Assembly (NCBI GenBank): GCA_965263355.1
Contig: CBDHHL010000032.1
Location: 1,760,001-1,824,000 of the forward strand
Direction of reading: 5' to 3'
Length of the DNA: 64,000 nucleotides
Source of the DNA: Leptolyngbyaceae cyanobacterium
Lineage (GTDB): Bacteria; Cyanobacteriota; Cyanobacteriia; Phormidesmidales; Phormidesmidaceae
The notes under the pieces were generated by a model, which was not told the DNA's origin, made no database searches, and saw only the letters and a program-made list of their open reading frames with translations. A program made the position numbers and the translations under genes. Positions 1-9,475 of the stretch are shown here, piece after piece (positions within the stretch are counted from its first letter, which is position 1; every line of letters begins with the position of its first letter).

Positions 1-56
1 CTTCTTCATCCAGATAAGAAATAATGCTGGCTAGCACTCTGGGGGATTGAGTGTTC

Positions 57-191
57 CTAGTGGTCTGTTAAGCCTAAGATTTTCGGTAAGGCGGATAAAG
101 AGTAAAGAGTTTGAGGTGATGATGAGTCATTCTTTACTCGTCACTCTTTATCAGTAACCAACCCAAATTTTTAGCCTTGACGATGCACTAA
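57..191 (+). mobile_element. 135-bp MITE-like element, copy 1 (family A)
   Basis: CTAGTGGTCTGTTAAG...CTTGACGATGCACTAA imperfect terminal inverted repeats; colinear with 10548-10682 and (reverse) 34620-34753. Confidence 0.8.
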
Positions 192-237
192 TGGTTAAGG
201 TGATCTTTCTGTCAACGATCCGTCTGGTAATTTTTTA

Positions 238-1920
238 ATGTATCTCGATTCTGATTTTTTGACGGCGTGGCAACAGCTTAGAAACGGGCAAGTTGATTGT
301 CAGCAAGCATTACAACTATTGCGAGATGAGCAGGGAGCGCTTAATCTGCCCTTGCTTGACGATGAAGTGTGTCAGCGTTTCTTTCAGCTATTTCCTGAGC
401 AACAAGAGCTGCCGCCTGTAGTGCCGCTGTTGCTTTGGCGTAATTGCTACTATCTGGGCAGCCCGGTGGCCCTGACGCCCGATTTAATTCAGCGGATTTG
501 CGATCGCACCCTCACCCAAGTCAAAGTCCTATCCATCACCGAAAAAAGCTATCGCTGTTGGCATCACACCCGTAACTTCGATGTTAATCATATGGGGGAT
601 ACTCCCCTGGTAAATCCCTTAACCGGTAACTGCGACTCAGAGGACATCAGCGAAACGACAGAGTTGTTTTTAGCCAAGGCTGAGGGCCAGATCGATCGCA
701 TTAAGACAATTATTGCCAGTGCGTTAAGAAATCGTGCCAGTGATGTTCACCTGGAACCGACCACCGAGGGACTGCAGGTGCGCTATCGCATTGACGGAGT
801 ATTGCGCCATGTGACCAAACTACCCCTAGAAATTAGCCGTCGTGTCATTGTTGCCCTGAAAGTAATGGCCAGCATGGACATAGCCGACAGTCGTCGGCCC
901 CACGATGGTCGCATTGGTGAGCAATATATGTCTGGGGATGGTCAAGCCCTGGGCATGGATATGCGAGTAAGTACCCTGCCCTGTGTCTGTGGAGAAAAGG
1001 CCGTTGTGCGTTTGCTGCCACGCAAAAACCCCTTTTCTACCATCGATAAACTTGGCTTTTCCCCAAAAGTATTGCCCACCTATAAAACCTGGCTGGAACA
1101 ACCCCAGGGGCTAATTATCTTCACCGGTCCTACCGGTTCTGGCAAAACCAGTACTCTGTATACCAGTCTGCAGTCCATCGCCACGGAACATGTCAACGTG
1201 GTTACAGTGGAAGACCCGGTAGAATATGTGCTACCGCGAATCACCCAAACCCAGGTCAATGAAGCCGCTGGCATGACCTTTGCCGCAGGACTGCGAGCTA
1301 TCCTACGACAGGATCCCGACATTATTATGTTGGGCGAGGTGCGGGATCATGAAACTGCCGAAACAGCCGTAAGAGCGGCCTTAACCGGTCACCTGGTATT
1401 TACCACTCTACATACTAATGATGCGGTGGGAGCCATTCCCCGATTGCAGGATATTGGCCCTGATCCCAGTCTTATCAGCGATGCGCTACTGGGTGTGGTA
1501 GCCCAACGATTGGTGCGTCGCCTTTGTCCCCACTGTGCCGAGAGTTACACCGCCACTGAGTCTGACTTTAAGCGATTGGGATTACTGCCATCCCAGATCA
1601 AAACACCCACAGTTTTATATCGGGCACGCGGCTGCAGTCACTGTTTAGACTCTGGATACATTGGTCGGGAAGCCATTGTTGAATTACTCGAAGTGGATGA
1701 ACCCATTCGAGAGATTATTCACAGCGGCAATATGATCGATTTACACCGCTATCTAAGAGAAACTGACTTTATGTCATTCCGTCAGGCTGCCATTGAAAAG
1801 GTCTTTGCCGGAGTAACCAGCATTGATGAAGTCTTTCGGGTACTACCCCGCAGTGCTCTGCGGGTGACTGAACCTCACTCCAAACAACGATTTAGGGAAC
1901 TAACGGCCCAAAACACATAG
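238..1920 (+). CDS. GspE/PulE/PilB family secretion/pilus assembly ATPase
   Basis: ASDVHLEP, Walker A GPTGSGKT, TVEDPVEY, LRQDPDIIMLGEVRD, TGHLVFTTLH, CPHC...CSHC zinc motif. Confidence 0.95.
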   Translation: MYLDSDFLTAWQQLRNGQVDCQQALQLLRDEQGALNLPLLDDEVCQRFFQLFPEQQELPPVVPLLLWRNCYYLGSPVALTPDLIQRICDRTLTQVKVLSITEKSYRCWHHTRNFDVNHMGDTPLVNPLTGNCDSEDISETTELFLAKAEGQIDRIKTIIASALRNRASDVHLEPTTEGLQVRYRIDGVLRHVTKLPLEISRRVIVALKVMASMDIADSRRPHDGRIGEQYMSGDGQALGMDMRVSTLPCVCGEKAVVRLLPRKNPFSTIDKLGFSPKVLPTYKTWLEQPQGLIIFTGPTGSGKTSTLYTSLQSIATEHVNVVTVEDPVEYVLPRITQTQVNEAAGMTFAAGLRAILRQDPDIIMLGEVRDHETAETAVRAALTGHLVFTTLHTNDAVGAIPRLQDIGPDPSLISDALLGVVAQRLVRRLCPHCAESYTATESDFKRLGLLPSQIKTPTVLYRARGCSHCLDSGYIGREAIVELLEVDEPIREIIHSGNMIDLHRYLRETDFMSFRQAAIEKVFAGVTSIDEVFRVLPRSALRVTEPHSKQRFRELTAQNT

Positions 1921-1937
1921 CCTTATAAAACCACCAC

Positions 1938-2444
1938 CTAAAACGAAATAGACTGACCACGGCTATCGCCGCATAGTTCAGCATAATCATCGGGAGACGA
2001 CACCTGGTCTAACCGCCAACAGATATTCGTGGAGGTTTGTGCAATCTCAGTGTTCGTGGCTACCACTGTTGGCTGAGATTGTCGTCGGTAGCCCAAAAAG
2101 CGAATGGATTCACTAAAGTATCTGGTTAGCTCAGTTAAATCTCGATGCTGTTGCCAATCAGCACGCGAAACCTCTGTGGATGACACATAGGTCACTTGCC
2201 CGTTCCGTTCTCCAGATACAATAACCTTCAGCATTGTAGCTGACAGATTCTCAGTAAAATAGTTCTCGGTAGTCGTCTGCACTAACTCTGCCGCATGTTG
2301 TTCCAGAGTTTCAAAAGAGCGATGTTGGTTGGCATCCACCATCAGAGTGATAATTTCTGTGGTTGCCCAGGCTGGTTTGCCAAAGGTGCCCAATAAAATA
2401 ACTAATCCTGCTAGCCAGTGTATTGGCTTGGTCAATGCATACAT
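1938..2444 (-). CDS. secreted cyanobacterial hypothetical protein (paralogue of 6757-7239)
   Basis: Likely start MYALTK (ATG at 2444), signal peptide ending PAWA; shares RNGQ...EVSRxxWQQ with 6757-7239. Confidence 0.65.
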   Translation of the reverse strand: MYALTKPIHWLAGLVILLGTFGKPAWATTEIITLMVDANQHRSFETLEQHAAELVQTTTENYFTENLSATMLKVIVSGERNGQVTYVSSTEVSRADWQQHRDLTELTRYFSESIRFLGYRRQSQPTVVATNTEIAQTSTNICWRLDQVSSPDDYAELCGDSRGQSISF

Positions 2445-2490
2445 GGTTTGTCTTACCCCAATAAAATGCTTAAACGTCAAACTCAATATC

Positions 2491-2519
2491 AAAAAAGGGC
2501 GCACAGTTTTGTGCGCCCC
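2491..2519 (-). terminator. rho-independent terminator after the metallophosphoesterase
   Basis: GGGCGCAC-AGTTTT-GTGCGCCC hairpin with a T-tract on the minus strand (AAAAAA on plus). Confidence 0.75.
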
Positions 2520-2540
2520 ACTGAGAGAGAGCACCCAGGC

Positions 2541-3518
2541 TTAATCGCTAATGTATTCAGGAAAAAATTCAAACACCTGGGGATTGCGAGGGTTAACAAC
2601 TACCCGTAACCAATTGACATTGGGAGAGCCAAAGGTTTCTACCCGAGTGAAGTTGTCAATATCGACATTGTCATCAGGAACATTGAGGGGCTTGTCAATG
2701 CGGAAATAGTGGCTATCACCGTGGACCAATACAACGGGTTTGCCAAAGGCTAGGGTTTCTGCCTGGAGCAGATCAATAAAGTCATTAAACCCAGTACGCT
2801 CCTCAGGTTCTCTATCAAAGCGGGGGTTGGCATGGATAACGACCATTAGCGCACGGCTATTTTGACTGTCTGCTTCATCAAACGCTTCTTCTAACCAAGC
2901 TAAGTTGGCTTCATTCCGATCCTCATATTCAGCATCGTTCTCAGCATTGCGACCCAGGTTATTGTTACTACCTACAACATGGATACCAGCGTAGGTCACC
3001 TCGCCATAGTTCCAAATGACATTCTCACGATATTCACTAAACCCTGACTCATCGCTCTGACGCCTTACGGTCAAAGTTCGCTGACCCAGGGTTTGGTTTC
3101 CATCAGATACTGGGAAGAAAAGCTCACGGATTTTGGCCAAACGCTCAATGGGATCAAACTGCCCAGCCCCTTCACGGTGACAATCCGTCCACTCGTTATC
3201 ACCAGGAATATAAATCAACGGATGCACAAATCGCTGAAATAAATTCAACCGTGCTTCAAAGGCTTCGTCTGTACAGGGCGTAGACCCCCCTTTAAAGTCA
3301 CCATCATGAACGATAAATTCTAAGCGGGAGCTATTAATCTCAGACAACAGCGTTTCGAACTTTTCTTCCTGGATCGGATCGTAGGGAAGGTCACCAGTAA
3401 GCGCAAACTCGTAGCGACTTAGATTGCTAGAACGCTGAGCCAAGCCAGGTACGGCTAAAGCGGCTGAAAATAGACCGGCTAAACAAACAGAAGACAGGAG
3501 TAGATGCTTGATACGCAT
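2541..3518 (-). CDS. secreted calcineurin-like metallophosphoesterase
   Basis: Signal peptide; GDLPY, HDGD, PGDNEWTDC, HGDSH metal motifs. Confidence 0.85.
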   Translation of the reverse strand: MRIKHLLLSSVCLAGLFSAALAVPGLAQRSSNLSRYEFALTGDLPYDPIQEEKFETLLSEINSSRLEFIVHDGDFKGGSTPCTDEAFEARLNLFQRFVHPLIYIPGDNEWTDCHREGAGQFDPIERLAKIRELFFPVSDGNQTLGQRTLTVRRQSDESGFSEYRENVIWNYGEVTYAGIHVVGSNNNLGRNAENDAEYEDRNEANLAWLEEAFDEADSQNSRALMVVIHANPRFDREPEERTGFNDFIDLLQAETLAFGKPVVLVHGDSHYFRIDKPLNVPDDNVDIDNFTRVETFGSPNVNWLRVVVNPRNPQVFEFFPEYISD

Positions 3519-3551
3519 GATATAACCTCGTGATGAAAATTTGGATATTGT

Positions 3552-4121
3552 TCAGGCTTGACGACGACGCAAAGCACTTCCAGCCACAGTCAGAAGTATT
3601 CCAACAATCAAACCAGGCTCAGGTGTAGACGCAAAATTCAGTTCACCATCCGCTAATAAAGCGACATCTCCACGCAGATCATCACTGATGAAATCAACTC
3701 CACCAGGGATATTGGTATTAAATTCAAAGACGAAATCAGGACCGTCAATTTCTACCTTGTAGTTCAATGCAGCAGGACTGCCGGAGTTAAAAATAGCTTG
3801 AGGAAAACCGATACCAAATCCGGTATCATCCTGAGCGCTATAGGTCACAGGCGTGATTGTATCTGAACCAACAAAATCAAACGTTAGATCGAGTAGGCCT
3901 TTATCAAGGGAAAGGGTTTCCTCACCACTGCCGGTAAGAAAACTATCGTCATAAACAAAGCTCCCTAAAAAGGTTTCACCGACAGGAAATAGATCGCCAT
4001 CAATGATCTCTACAGAAAAATCTTGCTGTAGGGTTACAGCATTGGCAGGAGCAGCACTAAACGTAATAAGGCCACTGGTTAGGGTCATGCCAACCAGGGC
4101 AATTTTCCGACAAAGGTGCAT
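3552..4121 (-). CDS. PEP-CTERM sorting domain protein
   Basis: Signal peptide (PANA) and C-terminal TPEPG + hydrophobic helix + RRR. Confidence 0.85.
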   Translation of the reverse strand: MHLCRKIALVGMTLTSGLITFSAAPANAVTLQQDFSVEIIDGDLFPVGETFLGSFVYDDSFLTGSGEETLSLDKGLLDLTFDFVGSDTITPVTYSAQDDTGFGIGFPQAIFNSGSPAALNYKVEIDGPDFVFEFNTNIPGGVDFISDDLRGDVALLADGELNFASTPEPGLIVGILLTVAGSALRRRQA

Positions 4122-4266
4122 GGTAGAACCTCACAGGTGACAAAATATGCCGCTGCTAACCAAGGATCAGCAACAACTGAAATAAAAACTAAAGAAATGC
4201 ACTATCTACACAGTGTTATCCTTTGAAGGGATAAAATCCATTGTTTTACCAACAGGTGTTTTAACA

Positions 4267-4743
4267 ATGAAACTAACGGCTCAAGATCTTCTGGCGCGAT
4301 ATGCCGCTGGTGAACGAGATTTTTCAGGAACTGAACTCGACGATCTAAAGTTTAAGCAGGAAAATCTATCTGGCATAAACCTTGAAGTGGCTACTTTAGA
4401 TGGCGTTCTTTTTCGTGAGACTATCTTGAAAAATGCCTGTTTTAGAAAGGCTAATTTAGTTGATGCTAATATTCGTAAAGCCAATCTAGAGAATGCTGAC
4501 CTATCTGAGGCCGATCTAGAAGGAGCCGATTTAGAAGGCAGTAATTTAAGTGGCGCTTGTCTAGAAGGGGCAAATCTTAAGAGTGCCAGTCTTCGTAACG
4601 TTAACTTAAAAGGCGCTAATTTGAAAAATGCTGACCTACGTGGTGTTGCGCTCCTAGGAGCAAACCTAGAAAATGTTCAAATTGAGGGTACTAGCCTTAA
4701 AGGTGCTCTGCTAAAAGGTACTCAACTAGAAAACCATCAGTAG
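4267..4743 (+). CDS. pentapeptide repeat protein
   Basis: LLARYAAGERDF N-terminal motif followed by A(N/D)Lxx repeats; ATG at 4267 preferred over GTG at 4213. Confidence 0.9.
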   Translation: MKLTAQDLLARYAAGERDFSGTELDDLKFKQENLSGINLEVATLDGVLFRETILKNACFRKANLVDANIRKANLENADLSEADLEGADLEGSNLSGACLEGANLKSASLRNVNLKGANLKNADLRGVALLGANLENVQIEGTSLKGALLKGTQLENHQ

Positions 4744-4748
4744 TCTGC

Positions 4749-4804
4749 GATGAAGGGTGAAGAGTAAAGAGTGAAACATTTACCTTTTACCCTTTACCCT
4801 TCAC
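4749..4804. repeat. inverted heptamer-repeat tract between convergent genes (STRR-like, possible terminator)
   Basis: GGGTGAAGAGTAAAGAGTGAA ... TTTACCTTTTACCCTTTACCCTTCAC; the same heptamers occur inside MITE family A. Confidence 0.6.
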
Positions 4805-4825
4805 GTAAACTAACTAACTATCACC

Positions 4826-6244
4826 TTATACAGTCGTGATGGGCTGACCATCTTGTCTGTACAGCATGATAGTGATACCAGGGGACTGGATGTTGAAGAA
4901 CATCTTAGTACCATCGGCAGAGAAGCAACCACCTGCAAACTCACTGCCCTCAAAGCCAGGAGCAATGTTCTTAGCAATTTGGAAGAGTCCGCCGTCTAGA
5001 GTTACACCTACAACATACTGTTCACCACCACCATCTTCAAACAGGTAGAGGGTACCATCAGGAGCAACAGTGATGTTGTCAGGATTGTCAAGAGCAACTT
5101 CATCAGTGGACTCAACAAACAGAGTTACTGTTTCAGTCACATCGTCATAGCACCAAACCTGACCAGCGCCAGCATCTCCACCGCTGGTACATACCCAGTA
5201 AATCTTGCCATTACCGTACCAGGCACCTTCACCACGGGCAAAGATAGCACCGCCTAGTTCCTGAGCATCAAGGCGAAGAACATCTTCATCAGGGTTAATG
5301 TTGACACCGTTGGCGTTCAAGCTCACCCACTCCACAGCTAGAGGCTGGTTCAGTAAGGACAACACACCAGTACGAGTATCCTGAGGGCCATCTACAAGGG
5401 TAAGTACCTGCAGCTCACCACCAGCAGCTAGGTTACCAGGGGTGTTAGGAATATAGCGATAAATGCAGCTATCGCCACGGTCCTCAGTCTCATATACATA
5501 ACCAGTAGCAGGGTCAACAGCCACTGCTTCGTGGTTGAAACGACCCATTTCAATTAGGGCTACAGGATCCACTAAACCACCACGGGCAGGCACTTCAAAG
5601 TTAAAGCCGTGCTTAACCGTGGAGTTTTCGTTGTTGTCAGGAGTGCTGACGTTCTCTTCACAGGAAATCCAGCTACCCCAAGGTGTGGGACCACCTGCAC
5701 AGTTACGGTAAGTACCGGCAAGAGAAACATAATCCCGTAAAACTTGACCACTGTTGGTGATGATCATGGTGGACGTACCACCAGCACCTAGACCTTCAGG
5801 CACAGTTTGGTCAAACCGATCATAGGCTTTAGCAAGGCCAGTACCACCAGTAAAGCCAGAGCCGTCGTCTTCACCAGGGCTCAACTCATGGTTTTGTACC
5901 AGAATGTTGGTACCACGGGGACCCGCAAACCAAGCCATACCATCGTGGTCGCTAGGGCAAGGGTTGCCATCGCTCATTTTCATTCCACTAACGTGGAATG
6001 CACAATATTCAAATCCCTCGGGAACCTCTAGCAGGGCACCTGCAGTCTGAATGTTATAGACAGGGCTGAATCGGGGGTCAACATTGGCAGGCAACTTGGC
6101 AGTCAATGGGCCAAAGGGGTCAGCCGCAGGATTTTGACCAAAGGCTTTTTTGGCTAGAAGTGCCTGTAGGGGGGAAACAGCTAATGCACCAGCTGCACCA
6201 GCACCCATAAAGCTGAAAAAACTACGACGAGATAGGGAAACCAC
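4826..6244 (-). CDS. phoX: alkaline phosphatase PhoX family (Tat-exported)
   Basis: Twin-arginine SRRSFF; NHEL, NCAGGPTPWGSWISCEE, GRFNHEAVAVDP, DNPDNITV, SEFAGGCFS, NIQSPG. Confidence 0.9.
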   Translation of the reverse strand: MVSLSRRSFFSFMGAGAAGALAVSPLQALLAKKAFGQNPAADPFGPLTAKLPANVDPRFSPVYNIQTAGALLEVPEGFEYCAFHVSGMKMSDGNPCPSDHDGMAWFAGPRGTNILVQNHELSPGEDDGSGFTGGTGLAKAYDRFDQTVPEGLGAGGTSTMIITNSGQVLRDYVSLAGTYRNCAGGPTPWGSWISCEENVSTPDNNENSTVKHGFNFEVPARGGLVDPVALIEMGRFNHEAVAVDPATGYVYETEDRGDSCIYRYIPNTPGNLAAGGELQVLTLVDGPQDTRTGVLSLLNQPLAVEWVSLNANGVNINPDEDVLRLDAQELGGAIFARGEGAWYGNGKIYWVCTSGGDAGAGQVWCYDDVTETVTLFVESTDEVALDNPDNITVAPDGTLYLFEDGGGEQYVVGVTLDGGLFQIAKNIAPGFEGSEFAGGCFSADGTKMFFNIQSPGITIMLYRQDGQPITTV

Positions 6245-6570
6245 TATGTTCTCTCCTCTCTAGAAAACAGTAAATACAAACGGAATTCGATCTGGCAAGG
6301 GGACGATTAAGGCTATTTTTCGACGATCAGACGATCAAAGTTTTCAAACACTGATGCAGCTGCTTTATATCGTTTAGATAGATGACAGTGCTAAAAATGC
6401 TTTCAAGGCTTAAGCCTGTGGACATAGGCCCATACAGATTTTTCCCATAGAAAACGATTGACAAGACAACACAAGCGACAGGTTTATGCGCCGCCTCAAG
6501 CAATCAAAATCTCTAGAAAAAATTGTTTTGAATCCTATGCCGCAAAGATTTTATCAAGCGTTCTCTCGTA

Positions 6571-6601
6571 AGTAGTTAAGGCAGGATTAACGAGAGTTTA
6601 G
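6571..6601 (-). promoter_or_regulatory. candidate Pho box (SphR/PhoB) upstream of phoX
   Basis: Minus strand CTAAACTCTC-GTTAATCCTGC-CTTAACTACT: TTAA-type half sites at 11-bp spacing, resembling the cyanobacterial PyTTAAPyPy(T/A) box. Confidence 0.5.
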
Positions 6602-6756
6602 TATTTATCGTCTTGAGGTTGTGTAAGTTTGACAAAACCAATGAAATCCTTCTCTTTTAATGATTATGGCAATGGTGTCGTTACAAATTCTGTTTAATTG
6701 ACAGAAAAGTATGTGTGCTTGTCTACAAAGAAGTGTGACTTGACATTGTATTCTTA

Positions 6757-7239
6757 TTAGTCAAGCTCATCGATTAGTGCTTCACGCCGATTTAATTCAG
6801 CTAGAAACTGTTGACGGGTCTGTTGCCGACTAGCTGCTATTTGGGTTGGCTGGGCATAGCCTAACAAAATACGCACGCTGGTACTATAACGAGCCCAGGT
6901 TTGAATATCAGATTGCTGTTGCCACTGCTCACGGGACACTTCGGCCATGAGGAGGGGTAAAAGTTGACCGTTGCGATTGATCAGAACAGTTAGCTCAATA
7001 GGAGCAGCCTCTGGATTGGTGTCAAAGGATGTTGCGATCGCATCATTGGCCATCACCACGGCCTGCTCTATCAGCCGATTATAGTTATGGACCTGATCGG
7101 CTTGTAGCGTGATGCTGATTGATTCGGTTGCGACCTGATCGGTTAGGGTGGGTTGTGCGATCGCAGACACATTTGCAATCCCAAGACTCAACAGGGCGAG
7201 TAAACTACTGGAACAAAACTGAAAGAAAGGCTTAACCAT
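6757..7239 (-). CDS. secreted cyanobacterial hypothetical protein
   Basis: Signal peptide; RNGQLLPLLMAEVSREQWQQ motif; paralogue of 1938-2444. Confidence 0.7.
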   Translation of the reverse strand: MVKPFFQFCSSSLLALLSLGIANVSAIAQPTLTDQVATESISITLQADQVHNYNRLIEQAVVMANDAIATSFDTNPEAAPIELTVLINRNGQLLPLLMAEVSREQWQQQSDIQTWARYSTSVRILLGYAQPTQIAASRQQTRQQFLAELNRREALIDELD

Positions 7240-7402
7240 AATTGCCCACCAAACGGGGTTGGAAAAAGTTCTGGAATAGACATTAAAACATAGACAAATG
7301 CCTTAAACATCTAGATAAGAGAAGTTTAACGAAGGGTTAGGGTCATAAAATAAATTGTTATGCCACGTCTAAATCCAGCAATATTTTAGATACTGAGAAA
7401 AA

Positions 7403-8254
7403 TCACGCCATAGTAAACGGAGATAAATATTTAAGTAGTAACTTTAAAACAGATTTTGCTTTGATGGGTTTACTCACAAAGTCTGACGCACCCACCATTT
7501 TGGCCCTTATCCATGCCGAAATTCTATTAGTATTCGCCACAATAACAATGGGAGTATTTTTGAGCATAGAGATGCGCCGAATCTGAGTACACAGCTCATA
7601 GCCATTAGCTACGGGCAGTCCTAACTCTAAAAAGATTAGCTGGGGTTTGAGTTTTATGAGCTGTGATAAAACTTGTAGAGAATCAGAGATATTGACATAA
7701 CTATACCCAGCCCCCTCAACAATCTCTGCCATCACTTGGCTACTAAGGGAGTTATCATCCACACATACCACCATAGTCTCACCAAGCAGACTTTGAGAGT
7801 AGGGAGTAGTCTCTGCTTCTGGCAAAGTTGTCTGCAAATTCAACAGACTTGATGACCTCCGACTGGTACCTGCAAGATTCGTCGCGCTCTTATCTAACAG
7901 AGTTTCTATCCTCTCCAATATATGTCTAACAGAAGCAGGTTTCTTAAGATAGGCATCAAAGCCCGTTTGTATCAGTAAATGCCCGTTTACGCTGGGGTCT
8001 GCCATGGCAATCACTGGAATCAACCCTGTAGGGCTAGATTCCCTAAGTATTTTGATAGCTTGCCAGCCATTCAACCCCACTGCATCTATATCCATGACAA
8101 TCAAATCAGGGGCTTCAGTAGCAGCCAGGGTTATCCCTTCGTCGCCCCGCTGGGTCGTCACTACGTCATAGTTATACAGCTTCAGCGCACGTGTCAGGAT
8201 TTGACGACTGTCTCTATCGTTATCTATCAATAGAACTTTAGCTATATTAGCCAT
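7403..8254 (-). CDS. response regulator with two receiver domains
   Basis: N-terminal LLIDND...PDLIVMD and C-terminal VCVDDN...PQLIFLE...FVSKPI. Confidence 0.85.
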   Translation of the reverse strand: MANIAKVLLIDNDRDSRQILTRALKLYNYDVVTTQRGDEGITLAATEAPDLIVMDIDAVGLNGWQAIKILRESSPTGLIPVIAMADPSVNGHLLIQTGFDAYLKKPASVRHILERIETLLDKSATNLAGTSRRSSSLLNLQTTLPEAETTPYSQSLLGETMVVCVDDNSLSSQVMAEIVEGAGYSYVNISDSLQVLSQLIKLKPQLIFLELGLPVANGYELCTQIRRISMLKNTPIVIVANTNRISAWIRAKMVGASDFVSKPIKAKSVLKLLLKYLSPFTMA

Positions 8255-8676
8255 ACTAACTATAAGAATTATTTATCTTACAACTATCTATAGACAGAGA
8301 TCGATAGTCCAGCTTGATTTACTCCCGTTTTCTAGCCTAGAGATGCACTTCCGTCTAATTTAACCAGCTCTATACAAACTATCAGGCAAAATACGGACTT
8401 CGTTAAAAATATGAACTTTTATAAAGCAGTAGTTATACTTACGTATATCAATAGTCTTAATTTTGCGCTTGACGCAATGCTAGGGCTTTTGCCTTGGTTA
8501 GTTGACGTTATCTTTTAGTTTCGGGGTAAATGCCCATCAAAGCCGGTAGCAAGGAAGCTAATTAATACTGCTATTTGTTCGGGAGAAAAATTGTTGGATA
8601 CTGTCTACTATTTTGGTCCAGGGATACCTTGTAGGGGACCTTGTTGTTCTGACGCTGACCAAAAAGAGATTACTCC

Positions 8677-9225
8677 ATGAACTTCCAAAAGGTATTCATA
8701 CTGATAACAGTCTCTTTAGGAGCTGTGTTGATAGTGCCATTTATACCAAAAGCCAGGGCTAGAGGTGATTATTTTCAGCTAACGACAATGTTCCTTGAAC
8801 ATGAAAACAAGTGTTTTGAAGGCAATCGTCTGGCCCCTGAATCAGTGTTAAAGGGCGCAGCTTTTATGGATGATTGCCAAAATGTATCAGGGCAGCTGTG
8901 GAAGAAAATACCGGCTGACAATGGTTATTTTAAGCTGACCACCTTGTTTCTGGAGGGGCAGTATAAATGTCTTGAAGGGAATCAGGTAACCGATGGGTCA
9001 GTCTTAGGAGGTGCAGCCTTTATGGACAATTGTCGCAATGTGTCGAGCCAGCTATGGAAGGTGATGCCGGTCGGTAATGGTTACTATAAACTGACGACAA
9101 TGTTTCTGGAAGGTCAGAATAAGTGTCTTGACGGAAATCGTCTGGCTCCTGAGTCGATGTTGGGAGGGGCTGCCTTTATGAATGATTGTCAGGATGTATC
9201 AGGACAGCTGTGGACAATTAAGTAG
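8677..9225 (+). CDS. secreted ricin-B-like (beta-trefoil) lectin
   Basis: Signal peptide, then three 52-aa repeats each with KCxxG...C..VSxQLW (QxW motif). Confidence 0.75.
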   Translation: MNFQKVFILITVSLGAVLIVPFIPKARARGDYFQLTTMFLEHENKCFEGNRLAPESVLKGAAFMDDCQNVSGQLWKKIPADNGYFKLTTLFLEGQYKCLEGNQVTDGSVLGGAAFMDNCRNVSSQLWKVMPVGNGYYKLTTMFLEGQNKCLDGNRLAPESMLGGAAFMNDCQDVSGQLWTIK

Positions 9226-9256
9226 TAAGGGATGTGCGAGGAAATAATGTACCCTT

Positions 9257-9453
9257 TGAGAGGCTTGGCGATACCTGGTTCCCCTTATAAAGGGGAACCG
9301 TCAGGGAGGGGGTTTCGACACTGGCGCTATCGGTCGAAACCCCTCCGCCTACGGCACCTCCCCTAAGCCCGAAGGGCAGGCTTCGCCAACGTAAGGGGAG
9401 GAAATCCTACAACACAATTTCAAACGGGTATTTTATTTATTGGCAAGTCCCTA
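9257..9453. repeat. nested-palindrome non-coding element
   Basis: Hairpins GGTTCCCCTT-ATA-AAGGGGAACC, GGAGGGGGTTTCGAC...GTCGAAACCCCTCC and CCTCCCCT...AGGGGAGG; degenerate terminal IRs. Confidence 0.6.
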
Positions 9454-9475
9454 AGTAGGATAAGCCTCGTGTGGT

